The notes under the pieces are model-generated. The model was not told the origin of the DNA. It did not search any database and worked only from the letters and a program-made list of their open reading frames with translations. A program made the position numbers and the translations under genes. From an uncultured Candidatus Saccharibacteria bacterium (lineage in GTDB: Bacteria > Patescibacteriota > Minisyncoccia > Phycocordibacterales > CSBR16-119), in the NCBI GenBank assembly GCA_964606255.1, contig CAZSFS010000002.1:1-44203 (forward strand): 44,203 nt of DNA, in the 5' to 3' direction. How positions within the stretch are numbered: the stretch's first letter is position 1; each line of letters starts with the position of its first letter. Shown piece after piece: positions 30,735-40,300 of the stretch.

Positions 30735-31055
30735 ATGGAACAAGATCAGGTATTTCTAGAGTATGTTGTAAAGGCACTAGTAGATCATCCGAACGATGTA
30801 AAGCTTGATAGAAAAGTTGACGAAATGGGAGTACTTCTAACTTTGTCAGTAAACGGCGAAGACATGGGTAAAATCATCGGCCGACAGGGTAATACCGCCA
30901 AAGCCATGAGAACCCTTCTTCGAGTAATCGGCATGAAGAACAACTCACGTGTGAATTTAAAAATTGAGGAACCGGAAGGCTATGTAAAACCAGCCGGAAT
31001 GGGAATGGCTTCAGCAGATGTCAATCAGACTATGGAAGACCTAAAAGGAATCTAG
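30735..31055 (+). CDS. khpA: KH-domain RNA-binding protein (UPF0109 / KhpA family) with a C-terminal extension
   Basis: 'LEYVVKALVDHPNDVKLDRKVDEMGVLLTLSVNGEDMGKIIGRQGNTAKAMRTLLRVIG' contains the GxxG loop (GRQG). The position after rpsP is conserved for this family. Confidence 0.8.
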   Translation: MEQDQVFLEYVVKALVDHPNDVKLDRKVDEMGVLLTLSVNGEDMGKIIGRQGNTAKAMRTLLRVIGMKNNSRVNLKIEEPEGYVKPAGMGMASADVNQTMEDLKGI

Positions 31056-31076
31056 ATAATTAATAAGTGTTAACAA

Positions 31077-31109
31077 GCAAAAAACCGTCCTATAGGGGCG
31101 GTTTTTTGC
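31077..31109 (+). terminator. Rho-independent terminator
   Basis: The hairpin is GCAAAAAACCGTCC-TATA-GGGGCGGTTTTTTGC. Confidence 0.7.
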
Positions 31110-31112
31110 TAC

Positions 31113-31141
31113 TTGACACACACATTGTATTGTGCTAGTAT
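31113..31141 (+). promoter_or_regulatory. Promoter (TTGACA-17-TGcTAGTAT) for the 31209 gene, with a ~60-nt leader
   Basis: TTGACA is at 31113-31118 and TAGTAT at 31136-31141, preceded by TGc. The leader contains the hairpin GTCTAGC-TTC-GCTAGAC. Confidence 0.55.
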
Positions 31142-31208
31142 AATATGGAATTCATTGAAACGAAACACGAACCAGTCTAGCTTCGCTAGACACAAAACCA
31201 TTCTCGAC

Positions 31209-31652
31209 ATGAACGAAGTGAGAGATTACTCGCACGCTGGATGTGCAAAGCGATTCCGGTGGTGGGTGCTGGATCACCGGAGCTGGATCATCGGCGGTGT
31301 TGTTGTGATCCTTGTGTTGGTGTTCTATAAAGACACCAAGAAAATGATCACGAAATGGCTAGGTAGTATCCATGATTCCACTGCAATGGAACAGCCGAAG
31401 GATATGACCGATAGCACCACGGTCACAATCGTGCCACCAGTCATCGATACCGTCGCCTTAAAAAAGCAATGGGAGCGAGAGCGCGCCGTAGCTGATTCGC
31501 TTGCTGGACTGATCGTTGTTGATTCGATTTTCTCTTATGCCGAATTCAACAACGATGGCAAGATCTACCAGATCGGTTATTACCTCCTCTCGAACGGGGA
31601 GAAGAAGTACATTGACGAACAGCGGCTGGTTCAACCGCCGAACAAGAACTGA
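31209..31652 (+). CDS. Hypothetical single-pass membrane protein (147 aa), GC-rich
   Basis: The sequence runs MNEVRDYSHAGCAKRFRWWVLDHRSWIIGGVVVILVLVFY..., with a C-terminal ~90-aa domain. I recognise no family. Tandem hairpins follow at 31651-31695. Confidence 0.55.
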   Translation: MNEVRDYSHAGCAKRFRWWVLDHRSWIIGGVVVILVLVFYKDTKKMITKWLGSIHDSTAMEQPKDMTDSTTVTIVPPVIDTVALKKQWERERAVADSLAGLIVVDSIFSYAEFNNDGKIYQIGYYLLSNGEKKYIDEQRLVQPPNKN

Positions 31653-31710
31653 CCAGTTGCAGACTGGTCTGAAAGCCCCGGGTTCCGGGGCTTTCGCGTT
31701 TGCAATTTTT
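31651..31710 (+). terminator. Tandem-hairpin terminator
   Basis: The first hairpin is GACCAGT-TGCAG-ACTGGTC and the second is GAAAGCCCCGG-GTT-CCGGGGCTTTC. A T-rich tail follows. Confidence 0.65.
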
Positions 31711-31746
31711 TCTATAATCTATAACCTATTAACTATCACCTAATTT

Positions 31747-32418
31747 ATGACTTTTCATATAATTACTATTTTTCCGAACATGTTTGACTCGTATCTCGGC
31801 GAGTCGATTTTAGCGCGGGCTATTAAAGAAAAGAAAATAAAAGTGAAATTTTATAATCCGCGTGATTTCGTTCGAGGCAAGCTTCGCAAAGTCTGGCCAG
31901 ATGGAAATATTTCCTCAAAAATTGATGATCGACCATACGGCGGAGGCCCGGGAATGGTCATGATTGCTGATCCGATAATTCGCGCCTGGGAAAAAGCTTC
32001 GAAGAATTTGAAAAATCCTAAAACAATAATTTTTTCACCATCAGGAAAAAAACTCACAACAGAATACGCCAAAACTTCGGCAAAGAAATTCAAAGATATA
32101 ATTTTTATTTGTGGACGTTATGAAGGAATTGATGCGCGAGTGAAAAAGATTACCAAAGCCGAAGAAATCTCGATTGGCGATTACGTCCTCACAGGTGGAG
32201 AAATTCCGGCCATGATTGCTATCGATACGATGTCGCGCCAGATTCCGGGAGTCTTGGGGAAAATAGAGTCTCTAGAAGAATCACGCGTATCGAGTTCTGA
32301 AATGTACACACGCCCAGAAATTTATAAATATAAAAATAAAAATTACAAAGTCCCAAAAGTTTTCTTGAGTGGAAATCATAAAAATTTGGAGGAGTACAAG
32401 ACGAGATTTAAGAAGTAA
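31747..32418 (+). CDS. trmD: tRNA (guanine37-N1)-methyltransferase
   Basis: 'FHIITIFPNMFDSYLGESILARA', 'DDRPYGGGPGMVM', 'IFICGRYEGIDARV' and 'ISIGDYVLTGGEIPAM' are present. Confidence 0.93.
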   Translation: MTFHIITIFPNMFDSYLGESILARAIKEKKIKVKFYNPRDFVRGKLRKVWPDGNISSKIDDRPYGGGPGMVMIADPIIRAWEKASKNLKNPKTIIFSPSGKKLTTEYAKTSAKKFKDIIFICGRYEGIDARVKKITKAEEISIGDYVLTGGEIPAMIAIDTMSRQIPGVLGKIESLEESRVSSSEMYTRPEIYKYKNKNYKVPKVFLSGNHKNLEEYKTRFKK

Positions 32419-32505
32419 ATATTAAGAATTAGGAAAAAATTAAATATCCTAAATCTATACACGTACGTAGATTTAGGATAGATGAAATAGGATAACAGGG
32501 GAATT

Positions 32506-32537
32506 ATAAAAAGAAGAAGCCCCGTTTCCGGGGCTTC
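32506..32537 (-). terminator. Rho-independent terminator of the 32553-33308 gene
   Basis: The minus strand reads GAAGCCCCG-GAAA-CGGGGCTTC followed by TTCTTTTT. Confidence 0.75.
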
Positions 32538-32552
32538 GACTAAGGCAGTGTG

Positions 32553-33308
32553 CTAGGCGACAGGTGCTGGTACGGCCTCCGTATACTTTTCTCGGAAGTG
32601 TGACCATAACCCATCCCAGTGATGTTCCCATGGAGCTTTCGTTTCTTGGGTGCGGATTTTAGGCCACTCGTTCACGGCCTGCTTGAGAGTCGGCTTGTCT
32701 AGCCTGGCAAGTAGATCATCAACTGTCTTGTACTCCTCTGGAGCCATTGTCTCGCCTACGACTCCGGTGTCCACACATGCGAGGCAAGCCTCCAAGGCAT
32801 CAAGGAAGTACTTGATCGTGCCGTCGTCATTGGGCTTGGAAATAACCATTTTCTGTCGTTTCCATAGCTCGCGGATCGCATTTCCATGCCCTTGTTCTAC
32901 GAATCTGCCAATGTATGCACCATTGAGCCTTTCGTTCTTCGCGATGACCGGACAGAAGTCTCGAATGAATTCCATCCCTTTCAGATCCTCGTAAATCTTG
33001 TTGCTGATGAGTGTCCAGTAAGGTTCTTGTTTTCGAAATGCATCGGGGTTCGCTATGTGGTGGGTTTCCAGCAACTCGATTGCGTAAGAGACATCAAGGG
33101 GGTTCCTATGAATGAGATCCATAAGAAACCCCCGGATTGCCTTTTTGTACATGTGATTGTACGCAAGTGCTCCTAACAAGAAGACTAAGGAAAACCCAGG
33201 AAGCAGGATTAATGCTTCGGGTTGATGAAACCAGAACAAAGCAGCGACGCAGCAAGATGACAAGATCATGCAGACGTACATTTCATTATTAGCGGTTGGC
33301 TTTTCCAT
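32553..33308 (-). CDS. Hypothetical membrane protein (251 aa: two N-terminal TM segments plus a cytoplasmic domain), GC-rich
   Basis: This is a long ORF at ~50-55% G+C by hand count. It has its own terminator. I recognise no family. Confidence 0.55.
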   Translation of the reverse strand: MEKPTANNEMYVCMILSSCCVAALFWFHQPEALILLPGFSLVFLLGALAYNHMYKKAIRGFLMDLIHRNPLDVSYAIELLETHHIANPDAFRKQEPYWTLISNKIYEDLKGMEFIRDFCPVIAKNERLNGAYIGRFVEQGHGNAIRELWKRQKMVISKPNDDGTIKYFLDALEACLACVDTGVVGETMAPEEYKTVDDLLARLDKPTLKQAVNEWPKIRTQETKAPWEHHWDGLWSHFREKYTEAVPAPVA

Positions 33309-33394
33309 GACGATGTGCGGGTTTGGTTTGCGTGGCGTTTCTTTATAAAACTACTCATTTCTGCGTTTGGAGTCAAGGATGATAGAATTGACCC

Positions 33395-33730
33395 ATGTTT
33401 GGAATTTTTAAGACAATTTTAGATGTTAGAAAAGGAGTAAAAGACCCGACGGGTTTGGGTCAGGAGCTGGCTCTCGATGTTTTTCGTGCACCGGTACTTG
33501 TTTTTACAATTGTTGGAATTTTGTTTTTGGCTCTGATGTTTTTTCTCGGTTATACAGAAGTTTTCGGTCATTCCTACGGGTTTTTCAAAGTCGTATTTTG
33601 GATCCTCACAATTCCTTTCGTCATCATTGATCTGATACTTTGGTCGGTTTTTAGGGCTTACAAGAGCCTCCTCAGATCGGCTAAAAAGAAAGTTGATGAT
33701 TCGAAGGTTATCGATGTCACTCCACGATAA
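33395..33730 (+). CDS. Hypothetical small membrane protein (111 aa, two TM segments)
   Basis: The ORF has two hydrophobic segments and a basic C-terminus. I recognise no family. Confidence 0.5.
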   Translation: MFGIFKTILDVRKGVKDPTGLGQELALDVFRAPVLVFTIVGILFLALMFFLGYTEVFGHSYGFFKVVFWILTIPFVIIDLILWSVFRAYKSLLRSAKKKVDDSKVIDVTPR

Positions 33731-33947
33731 AAGCCATCGCAAGCGATGACCGGGCTCGTCACTTTTTTACGGAGAAAAAAGTAACCAAAAACTCCTTCGA
33801 CCTGACAAAATAGTTGCTAAAACCAAAAGATTTTAAGCCAAAAAGATCCGTAAACTCGGAAAGCTTGGGCTTTCCTCAAACAGTACGGACTTTTAAGGCA
33901 AAATCTCTTGGTTTCTTAACGCACTATTGTGTATGGTCGGACGACGG

Positions 33948-33975
33948 TTGACGTCCTATCATTTTCATGTATACT
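33948..33975 (+). promoter_or_regulatory. Putative rpoBC promoter (TTGACG-16-TATACT), giving a ~175-nt leader
   Basis: TTGACG is at 33948-33953 and TATACT at 33970-33975; the rpoB ATG is at 34156. Confidence 0.5.
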
Positions 33976-34155
33976 ATAAAAACTAATTGCCCAGATTGAG
34001 TTTTGGCCGCCACAAGCAATTGTATTAGTAGGGAGAAGCTAAATACAAAGCTTTTGAAGAAAATTTTATAAAACCAAGAGATCATTAGACAATGAGGTCG
34101 TAACCTTGTTGATTTTTGCTTTTTTGGAGTCGAGTTAATTTTAATAATTATTGTC

Positions 34156-37100
34156 ATGGCAAAAACAAAGACGTTGAAGAGAGAAAAAAAATATTTCTCA
34201 AAGTATAAAGAGCCGTTGGTCGCGTACCCAAATATGCTCGAAACTCAGCTTAATTCATTTAAGTGGCTCATCACTGATGGATTGAAAGAGGTTTTCAAAG
34301 AGTTTTCTCCGCTCGAAGATTACTCGGGCAAGAAATTCGAATTGCGATTCGAATCATTTGAACTTGGTGAACCAAAATTTGATCCTCACTATGCCAAAGA
34401 AAACAAACTCTCCTACGAAGCACCTCTAAAGGTTCGCGCCAAACTTCTCAACAAGTTGAATGGCTCAAAGAAAGAGCAGGAAATTTTCATGACAGATTTC
34501 CCGCTCATGACTTCGAACGGTACGTTCATCATCAACGGTGTTGAGCGTGTTATCGTGGCCCAGCTCACTCGATCATCAGGAGTTTTCTTCACCGCAGCCG
34601 ACCTAAAAGGTCGTCGAAAATTTGGAGCCAAAATTATCCCAAACCGCGGTGTTTGGATTGAAATTGAAACTGACAAAGACGACACGATTTTTGCTCGTAT
34701 CGACAAGAAGCGAAAATTCCCAGTAACAAGTCTTTTGCGCGTGATGGGACTCGACACCGATGACAAGATCCGAAAGTCTTTTGCCGGTAATCCTGCCTCT
34801 GAAAAACTCGTTAACATGATGCTTGAAAAGGATCATGCCAAGACTGTCGAAGAGGCTTACGTTGATATCTATAAAAGACTTCGCGACGGTGACATGGCTA
34901 CGGCTGACAACGCCAAAGAATTTGTTGACGGAATTTTCACAACCGAAAGATATGATTTCTCTAAAGTTGGACGACATCGATTCAGTCAACGATTCGACAA
35001 ATCTATGGATAAAGCCGAACTTGAACGACAGACTCTTAACGCTGATGACATTGTCACTATCGTAAAACACATCTTTGAATTAAATAACGACAAAAATGCT
35101 AAAGCCGACGACATCGATCACTTGGGTCGACGTCGCGTGCGATATGTTGGAGAACTTCTTCAGCAAAAATTCCGTGTTGGTATGACTCAGATCAAGCGAA
35201 ACATTCAGGACAGAATGTCGACTATCGAATCAGATGGCGCTGCTCCTGTGACTGTCATTAATCAGCGACCGCTACAGGCTCGTGTCAAAGAATTTTTCAC
35301 TACGAACCAACTTTCACAATTCATGGATCAGGAAAACGTTATTTCCGAACTTGAACACTTGAGAATTCTCTCAGCGTTAGGTCCTGGAGGACTTACTCGC
35401 GAACGCGCTGGTCTTGAAGTTCGCGACGTTCACACGTCCCACTACGGTCGCGTTTGTCCGATTCATACGCCAGAAGGTCCAAACATCGGTTTGGTTCTTC
35501 ACCTTTCAACCTATGCAAAGATAAACGAATTCGGCATCATCGAAACTCCTTATGCCAAAGTAAAAAATGGAAAATTGACTGGCGAGATCGTGTACATGAA
35601 CGCTCTTGAAGAAGAGAAATATAACATCGCGCACGCGGGTGTTCCTAGAGATGACAACGGAAACATTATTCCAGAAGAAGTTGAGGCGCGTGTCAAAACA
35701 TCTCCAGGCATTGTCGCGAAAAAAGATATTGATTTTATCGATGTGGCGACAAACCAAGCGTTCTCTCTTGGTACTTCGATGATTCCTTTCCTCGAACACG
35801 ATGACGCGAACCGCGCACTCATGGGATCAAACATGCAAAAACAAGCTGTGCCTTGTGTTATCCCGATGGCACCGTTGGTTGGTACTGGTATCGAAGAAGT
35901 CATCGCGCGTGACTCCGGACGACTTGTGATCGCTGAAGAAGCCGGAGAAATTACGTATGTTGATGCTAAGAAAATCACCGTTACTCCAAATTCTGGCAAA
36001 CCAAAAACATATGAACTCGTTAATACCGTTCGCACAAACAAATTCTCTCTTATGCGCCAGCGTCCATCGGTAAACTTGGGCGATAAAGTTAAAAAGGGCG
36101 ATGTTTTGGCTGATGCGCCTTCAACTGATCACGGTCAGGCGGCTATTGGACAAAACGTTCTTGTTGCCTTCATGTCATGGGACGGACGAAACTACGAGGA
36201 CGCCATTATTTTGTCAGAACGTTTGGTCAAAAATTCAGTTTTCACTTCTATTTATGTTGAAGAATTTACTTGTGTCGTTCGAGACACAAAACTGGGGGCC
36301 GAACAAACTACTCCAGACATTCCAAACGTCGGTGAAGCTAAATTGAAAGATCTCGATGAAGAAGGAATTGTTCGTGTTGGTGCTGAAGTTCGTGAAAACG
36401 ACATTTTGGTTGGAAAAATTACGCCAAAGGGCGAGACTGAACTTACTCCAGAAGAAAGACTCCTTCGATCAATCTTTGCTGAAAAAGCGCGTGACGTTAA
36501 AGATACATCAATGCGAGTTTCTCCTGGAAACGAAGGTCGTGTTATTGGTGTGAAGGTTTTCTCACGTGACAAAGGTCATCAGCTAGAATCAGGAATCATC
36601 AAGAAAATTATTGTTGAGGTTGCTCAGGTTCGAAACATTTCAGTGGGAGACAAACTTGCTGGTCGTCACGGAAACAAAGGTGTTATCTCGACAATTCTTC
36701 CAGAAGAAGAAATGCCATACATGGCTGACGGTACTCCGGTCGACGTGATCCTTACACCACTTGGCGTTCCATCACGTATGAACTTGGGACAAATTCTTGA
36801 GATGCACTTGGGTCTTGCAGCTCATACTCTAAATTATCAGGCAATCGTGCCACTATTTGGAGGCGCATCAAATGATGAAATAAAACAAGAGCTTGTCAAA
36901 GCTGGTTACAACGAATCTGGAACTATGCAACTTTTCGACGGCCGAACAGGTGAATCATTCGAACAGGAAGTTGCTGTTGGTTATATGTACGTCTTGAAAC
37001 TTCACCACATGGTTGAAGACAAGGTTCACGCTCGCGCCATTGGACCATACTCACTTATTACTCAGCAGCCACTTGGAGGTAAAGCTCAATCTGGAGGTCA

Positions 37101-37323
37101 GCGATTCGGAGAAATGGAAGTCTGGGCTCTCGAGGGATACGGTGCTGCTCACGCACTTCGTGAAATGCTAACAATTAAGTCTGACGACATTATGGGTCGA
37201 AGTCAGGCGTTTGATTCGATTATCAAGGGTCAGAAACTTCGCGAGCCGAACATTCCGGCATCGTTTAAAGTGATGTTGAACTACTTGCGCGGACTCGGAC
37301 TCGATATTGATTTGAAACAATAA
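34156..37323 (+). CDS. rpoB: DNA-directed RNA polymerase subunit beta (compact, 1055 aa)
   Basis: 'FMDQENVISELEHLRILSALGPGGLTRERAG.EVRDVHTSHYGRVCPIHTPEGPNIGL', 'NRALMGSNMQKQAVP', 'GRHGNKGVIS' and 'GGKAQSGGQRFGEMEVWALEGYGAA' are present. Confidence 0.97.
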   Translation: MAKTKTLKREKKYFSKYKEPLVAYPNMLETQLNSFKWLITDGLKEVFKEFSPLEDYSGKKFELRFESFELGEPKFDPHYAKENKLSYEAPLKVRAKLLNKLNGSKKEQEIFMTDFPLMTSNGTFIINGVERVIVAQLTRSSGVFFTAADLKGRRKFGAKIIPNRGVWIEIETDKDDTIFARIDKKRKFPVTSLLRVMGLDTDDKIRKSFAGNPASEKLVNMMLEKDHAKTVEEAYVDIYKRLRDGDMATADNAKEFVDGIFTTERYDFSKVGRHRFSQRFDKSMDKAELERQTLNADDIVTIVKHIFELNNDKNAKADDIDHLGRRRVRYVGELLQQKFRVGMTQIKRNIQDRMSTIESDGAAPVTVINQRPLQARVKEFFTTNQLSQFMDQENVISELEHLRILSALGPGGLTRERAGLEVRDVHTSHYGRVCPIHTPEGPNIGLVLHLSTYAKINEFGIIETPYAKVKNGKLTGEIVYMNALEEEKYNIAHAGVPRDDNGNIIPEEVEARVKTSPGIVAKKDIDFIDVATNQAFSLGTSMIPFLEHDDANRALMGSNMQKQAVPCVIPMAPLVGTGIEEVIARDSGRLVIAEEAGEITYVDAKKITVTPNSGKPKTYELVNTVRTNKFSLMRQRPSVNLGDKVKKGDVLADAPSTDHGQAAIGQNVLVAFMSWDGRNYEDAIILSERLVKNSVFTSIYVEEFTCVVRDTKLGAEQTTPDIPNVGEAKLKDLDEEGIVRVGAEVRENDILVGKITPKGETELTPEERLLRSIFAEKARDVKDTSMRVSPGNEGRVIGVKVFSRDKGHQLESGIIKKIIVEVAQVRNISVGDKLAGRHGNKGVISTILPEEEMPYMADGTPVDVILTPLGVPSRMNLGQILEMHLGLAAHTLNYQAIVPLFGGASNDEIKQELVKAGYNESGTMQLFDGRTGESFEQEVAVGYMYVLKLHHMVEDKVHARAIGPYSLITQQPLGGKAQSGGQRFGEMEVWALEGYGAAHALREMLTIKSDDIMGRSQAFDSIIKGQKLREPNIPASFKVMLNYLRGLGLDIDLKQ

Positions 37324-37347
37324 TCTTAATTAACTAATAAAAATATT

Positions 37348-40300
37348 ATGAAAAACTTAGATTCAAAAGATTTCAATAAAATATCGATCGAACTCGCCTC
37401 ACCAGAAAAGATTGAAGAATGGTCTTACGGAGAAATCCAAAAACCAGAAACCATCAACTACCGAACTGGTCGCTCAGAACGTGGCGGACTTTTCGATGAG
37501 AAAATTTTCGGTCCAGAAAAAGACTTCGAATGTTACTGCAAAAAATACCGTGGCGTTAAGTATAAAGGTATTGTCTGTGAAAAATGTGGTGTCGAGGTAA
37601 CCAAAGCCATCGTTCGTCGTGAACGCATGGGTCACATTCGACTTGCAACGCCCGTTGCGCACATCTGGTTTCTACGTGGCGTACCATCTCGCATGAGCGT
37701 TTTCCTAAACATCAACGTCTCCGATCTTGAGAAGGTTATTTATTTCGCTGGATACATCATCCATAAAGTAAACGATGATGAGAAAAACCGAATCATCAAA
37801 GATCTTGAAAATGAATACAAGAACAAAATTAAAAGTTCTCAGGACGACGAGACAAAAGAAAAACTTAAAGAATTGTTCTCGAACACTAAGCGCGAACTTG
37901 GTGAGATCGTCGTTGGAAAAGTTCTAAACGAAATCGAATACCATCACTACTCAATGCGTTACAGTTCAGCTTTTGAAGCTTCTATCGGAGCTGAGGCTAT
38001 TTACAAAGTCTTCCAAAATACCGATCTAGAAAAACTTCGTGCCGCAACTGAGGCCATGATCGAAAAGGCTTCAACTTTGGACAAGGTTAAACTCAAAAAA
38101 CGACTCGGTCTAATTCGCTCAATGATCAACTCTGGCGTCAGACCTGAATGGATGTTCCTAAAGAACTTGCCGGTTATCCCACCAGGACTTCGTCCGATGG
38201 TTGCTCTTGAAGGTGGCCGACACGCGACATCTGACATCAACGATTTGTATAGACGTGTCATCAACCGAAACAATCGTTTGAAAAAACTTCTTGAAATCAA
38301 TGCTCCAGACGTAATCTTGCGTAACGAAAAAAGAATTCTACAGGAAGCCGTTGATGCCTTGATCGATAACTCGATTGCTAAATCAGAAGCGGCGACAAAT
38401 CAGTCTCAGAAGCGAGCGCTAAAATCTTTGTCTGACAACTTGAAATCAAAACAAGGGTTGTTCCGCCAGAACTTGCTCGGAAAACGTGTCGACTACTCTG
38501 GACGATCTGTTATCGTTGTCGGTCCACAGCTCAAACTCAATCAATGTGGTCTGCCGAAAAAAATGGCTCTTGAGCTCTTCAAGCCATTCGTCATTTCAAA
38601 GATTCTCGAAAGAGAATACGCATTTAACATTCGTGGTGCAAATAAACTCATCGAAGATGGAGTAGCTGAAGTTTGGGCAATTCTTGAAGAAGTAATTCAA
38701 GGTAAATATGTACTTCTAAACCGTGCTCCAACTTTGCACCGACTCGGTATTCAGGCGTTCAATCCGATTCTTATCGAAGGTAAGGCTATCCAAGTTCATC
38801 CACTCGTTTGTGCGGCGTTCAACGCTGACTTCGACGGAGACCAGATGGCCGTTTACTTGCCACTTTCTGAAGCGGCTCAAGCCGAAGCGCGCGATCTTAT
38901 GGCTTCAAATAAAAACTTGCTTCGACCTCAAGATGGTAACCCGATCGTTAATCCAGCTCAGGACATAGTTCTCGGATGTTTCTGGATGACTCGAATGATT
39001 GATGGTGAAAAGGGCGAAGGTAAATATTTCGCTTCACCAAATGAAGCCATGACTGCATATGATTATGGTAAGGTTTCTTTCCGCGCCAAGATCAAAGTTT
39101 TGCCAACTGACACTCCTCGATATGACAAGTTTGGTGGCAAGCTATTCGAAACAACCATTGGACGATTGATGTTTAACTCTAGTCTTCCAAAAGATTTCCC
39201 ATTCATAAATGAGGAAATGTCAAAGAAGAGACTTTCTCGACTTGTGGATGAAGTCATCACCAAGTACGGTGTTGATGAAACTCCGAAAGTTCTCGACATG
39301 ATCAAGTCTTTCGGTTACAAATATATCACCAAGTCAGGCATTAGTTGGGGAATCGATAATGTTGTTGTGCCAAAAGATAAACCACGAATCGTAGCAGAAG
39401 CTCGCGCTAAAGAATCCGAAATCATTTCTCAGTGGAACGAAGGACTTTTGTCTGAAGATGAAAAATATCAAAAGACTCTTTCTGTTTGGGAAGCCGCCAA
39501 GTCTGAAATTCAGAAGGCTATCCCACAAACATTGAAACAGAATGGTTCAACTAAAGACATGCTTGATTCTGGAGCTCGAGGTACTCTTGCCCAGGTTGTG
39601 CAAATGGTTGGTATGAAAGGTCTCATTGTTAACACTTCTGGAAAGACTCTCGACTTCCCAATCATTCCTTCTTACAAAGAAGGCTTATCTCCACTTGAAT
39701 ACTTCATTACGACTCACGGTTCTCGAAAAGGTCTAGCCGACACAGCCCTTAAAACTGCTCAGGCTGGATACCTTACACGACGTTTGGTTGACGTTTCTCA
39801 GGACGTCGTTGTGCGTGAAGAAGATTGTGGATCAAAAGATTCAAAAGTTGCGACAGCGGAAAATATTTCAGGTCTAGAAATTTCTTTGGCTAAAAATATT
39901 TTCGGACGAACTTTGTTCGAAGATGTCAAAGATGCTAGTGGCGAATTACTCTACAAGAAAGGCACGATTATCGATAAAGATATTGCAGCTCGTATTGAAG
40001 AAGCTGGAATCAAAGAAGTTCGAGTTCGAACAATCCTTACATGTAAATCTCTTCACGGAGTTTGTCAGCAATGTTACGGACTTGATCTTGGAAGATCAAA
40101 ACTCGTCAAACTTGGCGAAGCTGTCGGAATTATTGCTGCTCAAGCGATCGGTGAACCAGGTACACAGTTGACTCTCCGAACCTTCCACCAGGGAGGCGTG
40201 GCCGGAGCATCCGACATTACCCAAGGTCTTCCTCGCGTCGAAGAAATCTTCGAACGTCGCAATCCAAAAAATCCTGCAATCGTTTCAGAAACTGACGGCG

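Noticed and set aside
33924-34157. A 77-aa minus-strand ORF lies in the rpoB upstream region.
   Set aside because: It overlaps the rpoB promoter and leader and the rpoB start. The translation is AT-rich and low-complexity, with no promoter or terminator of its own.
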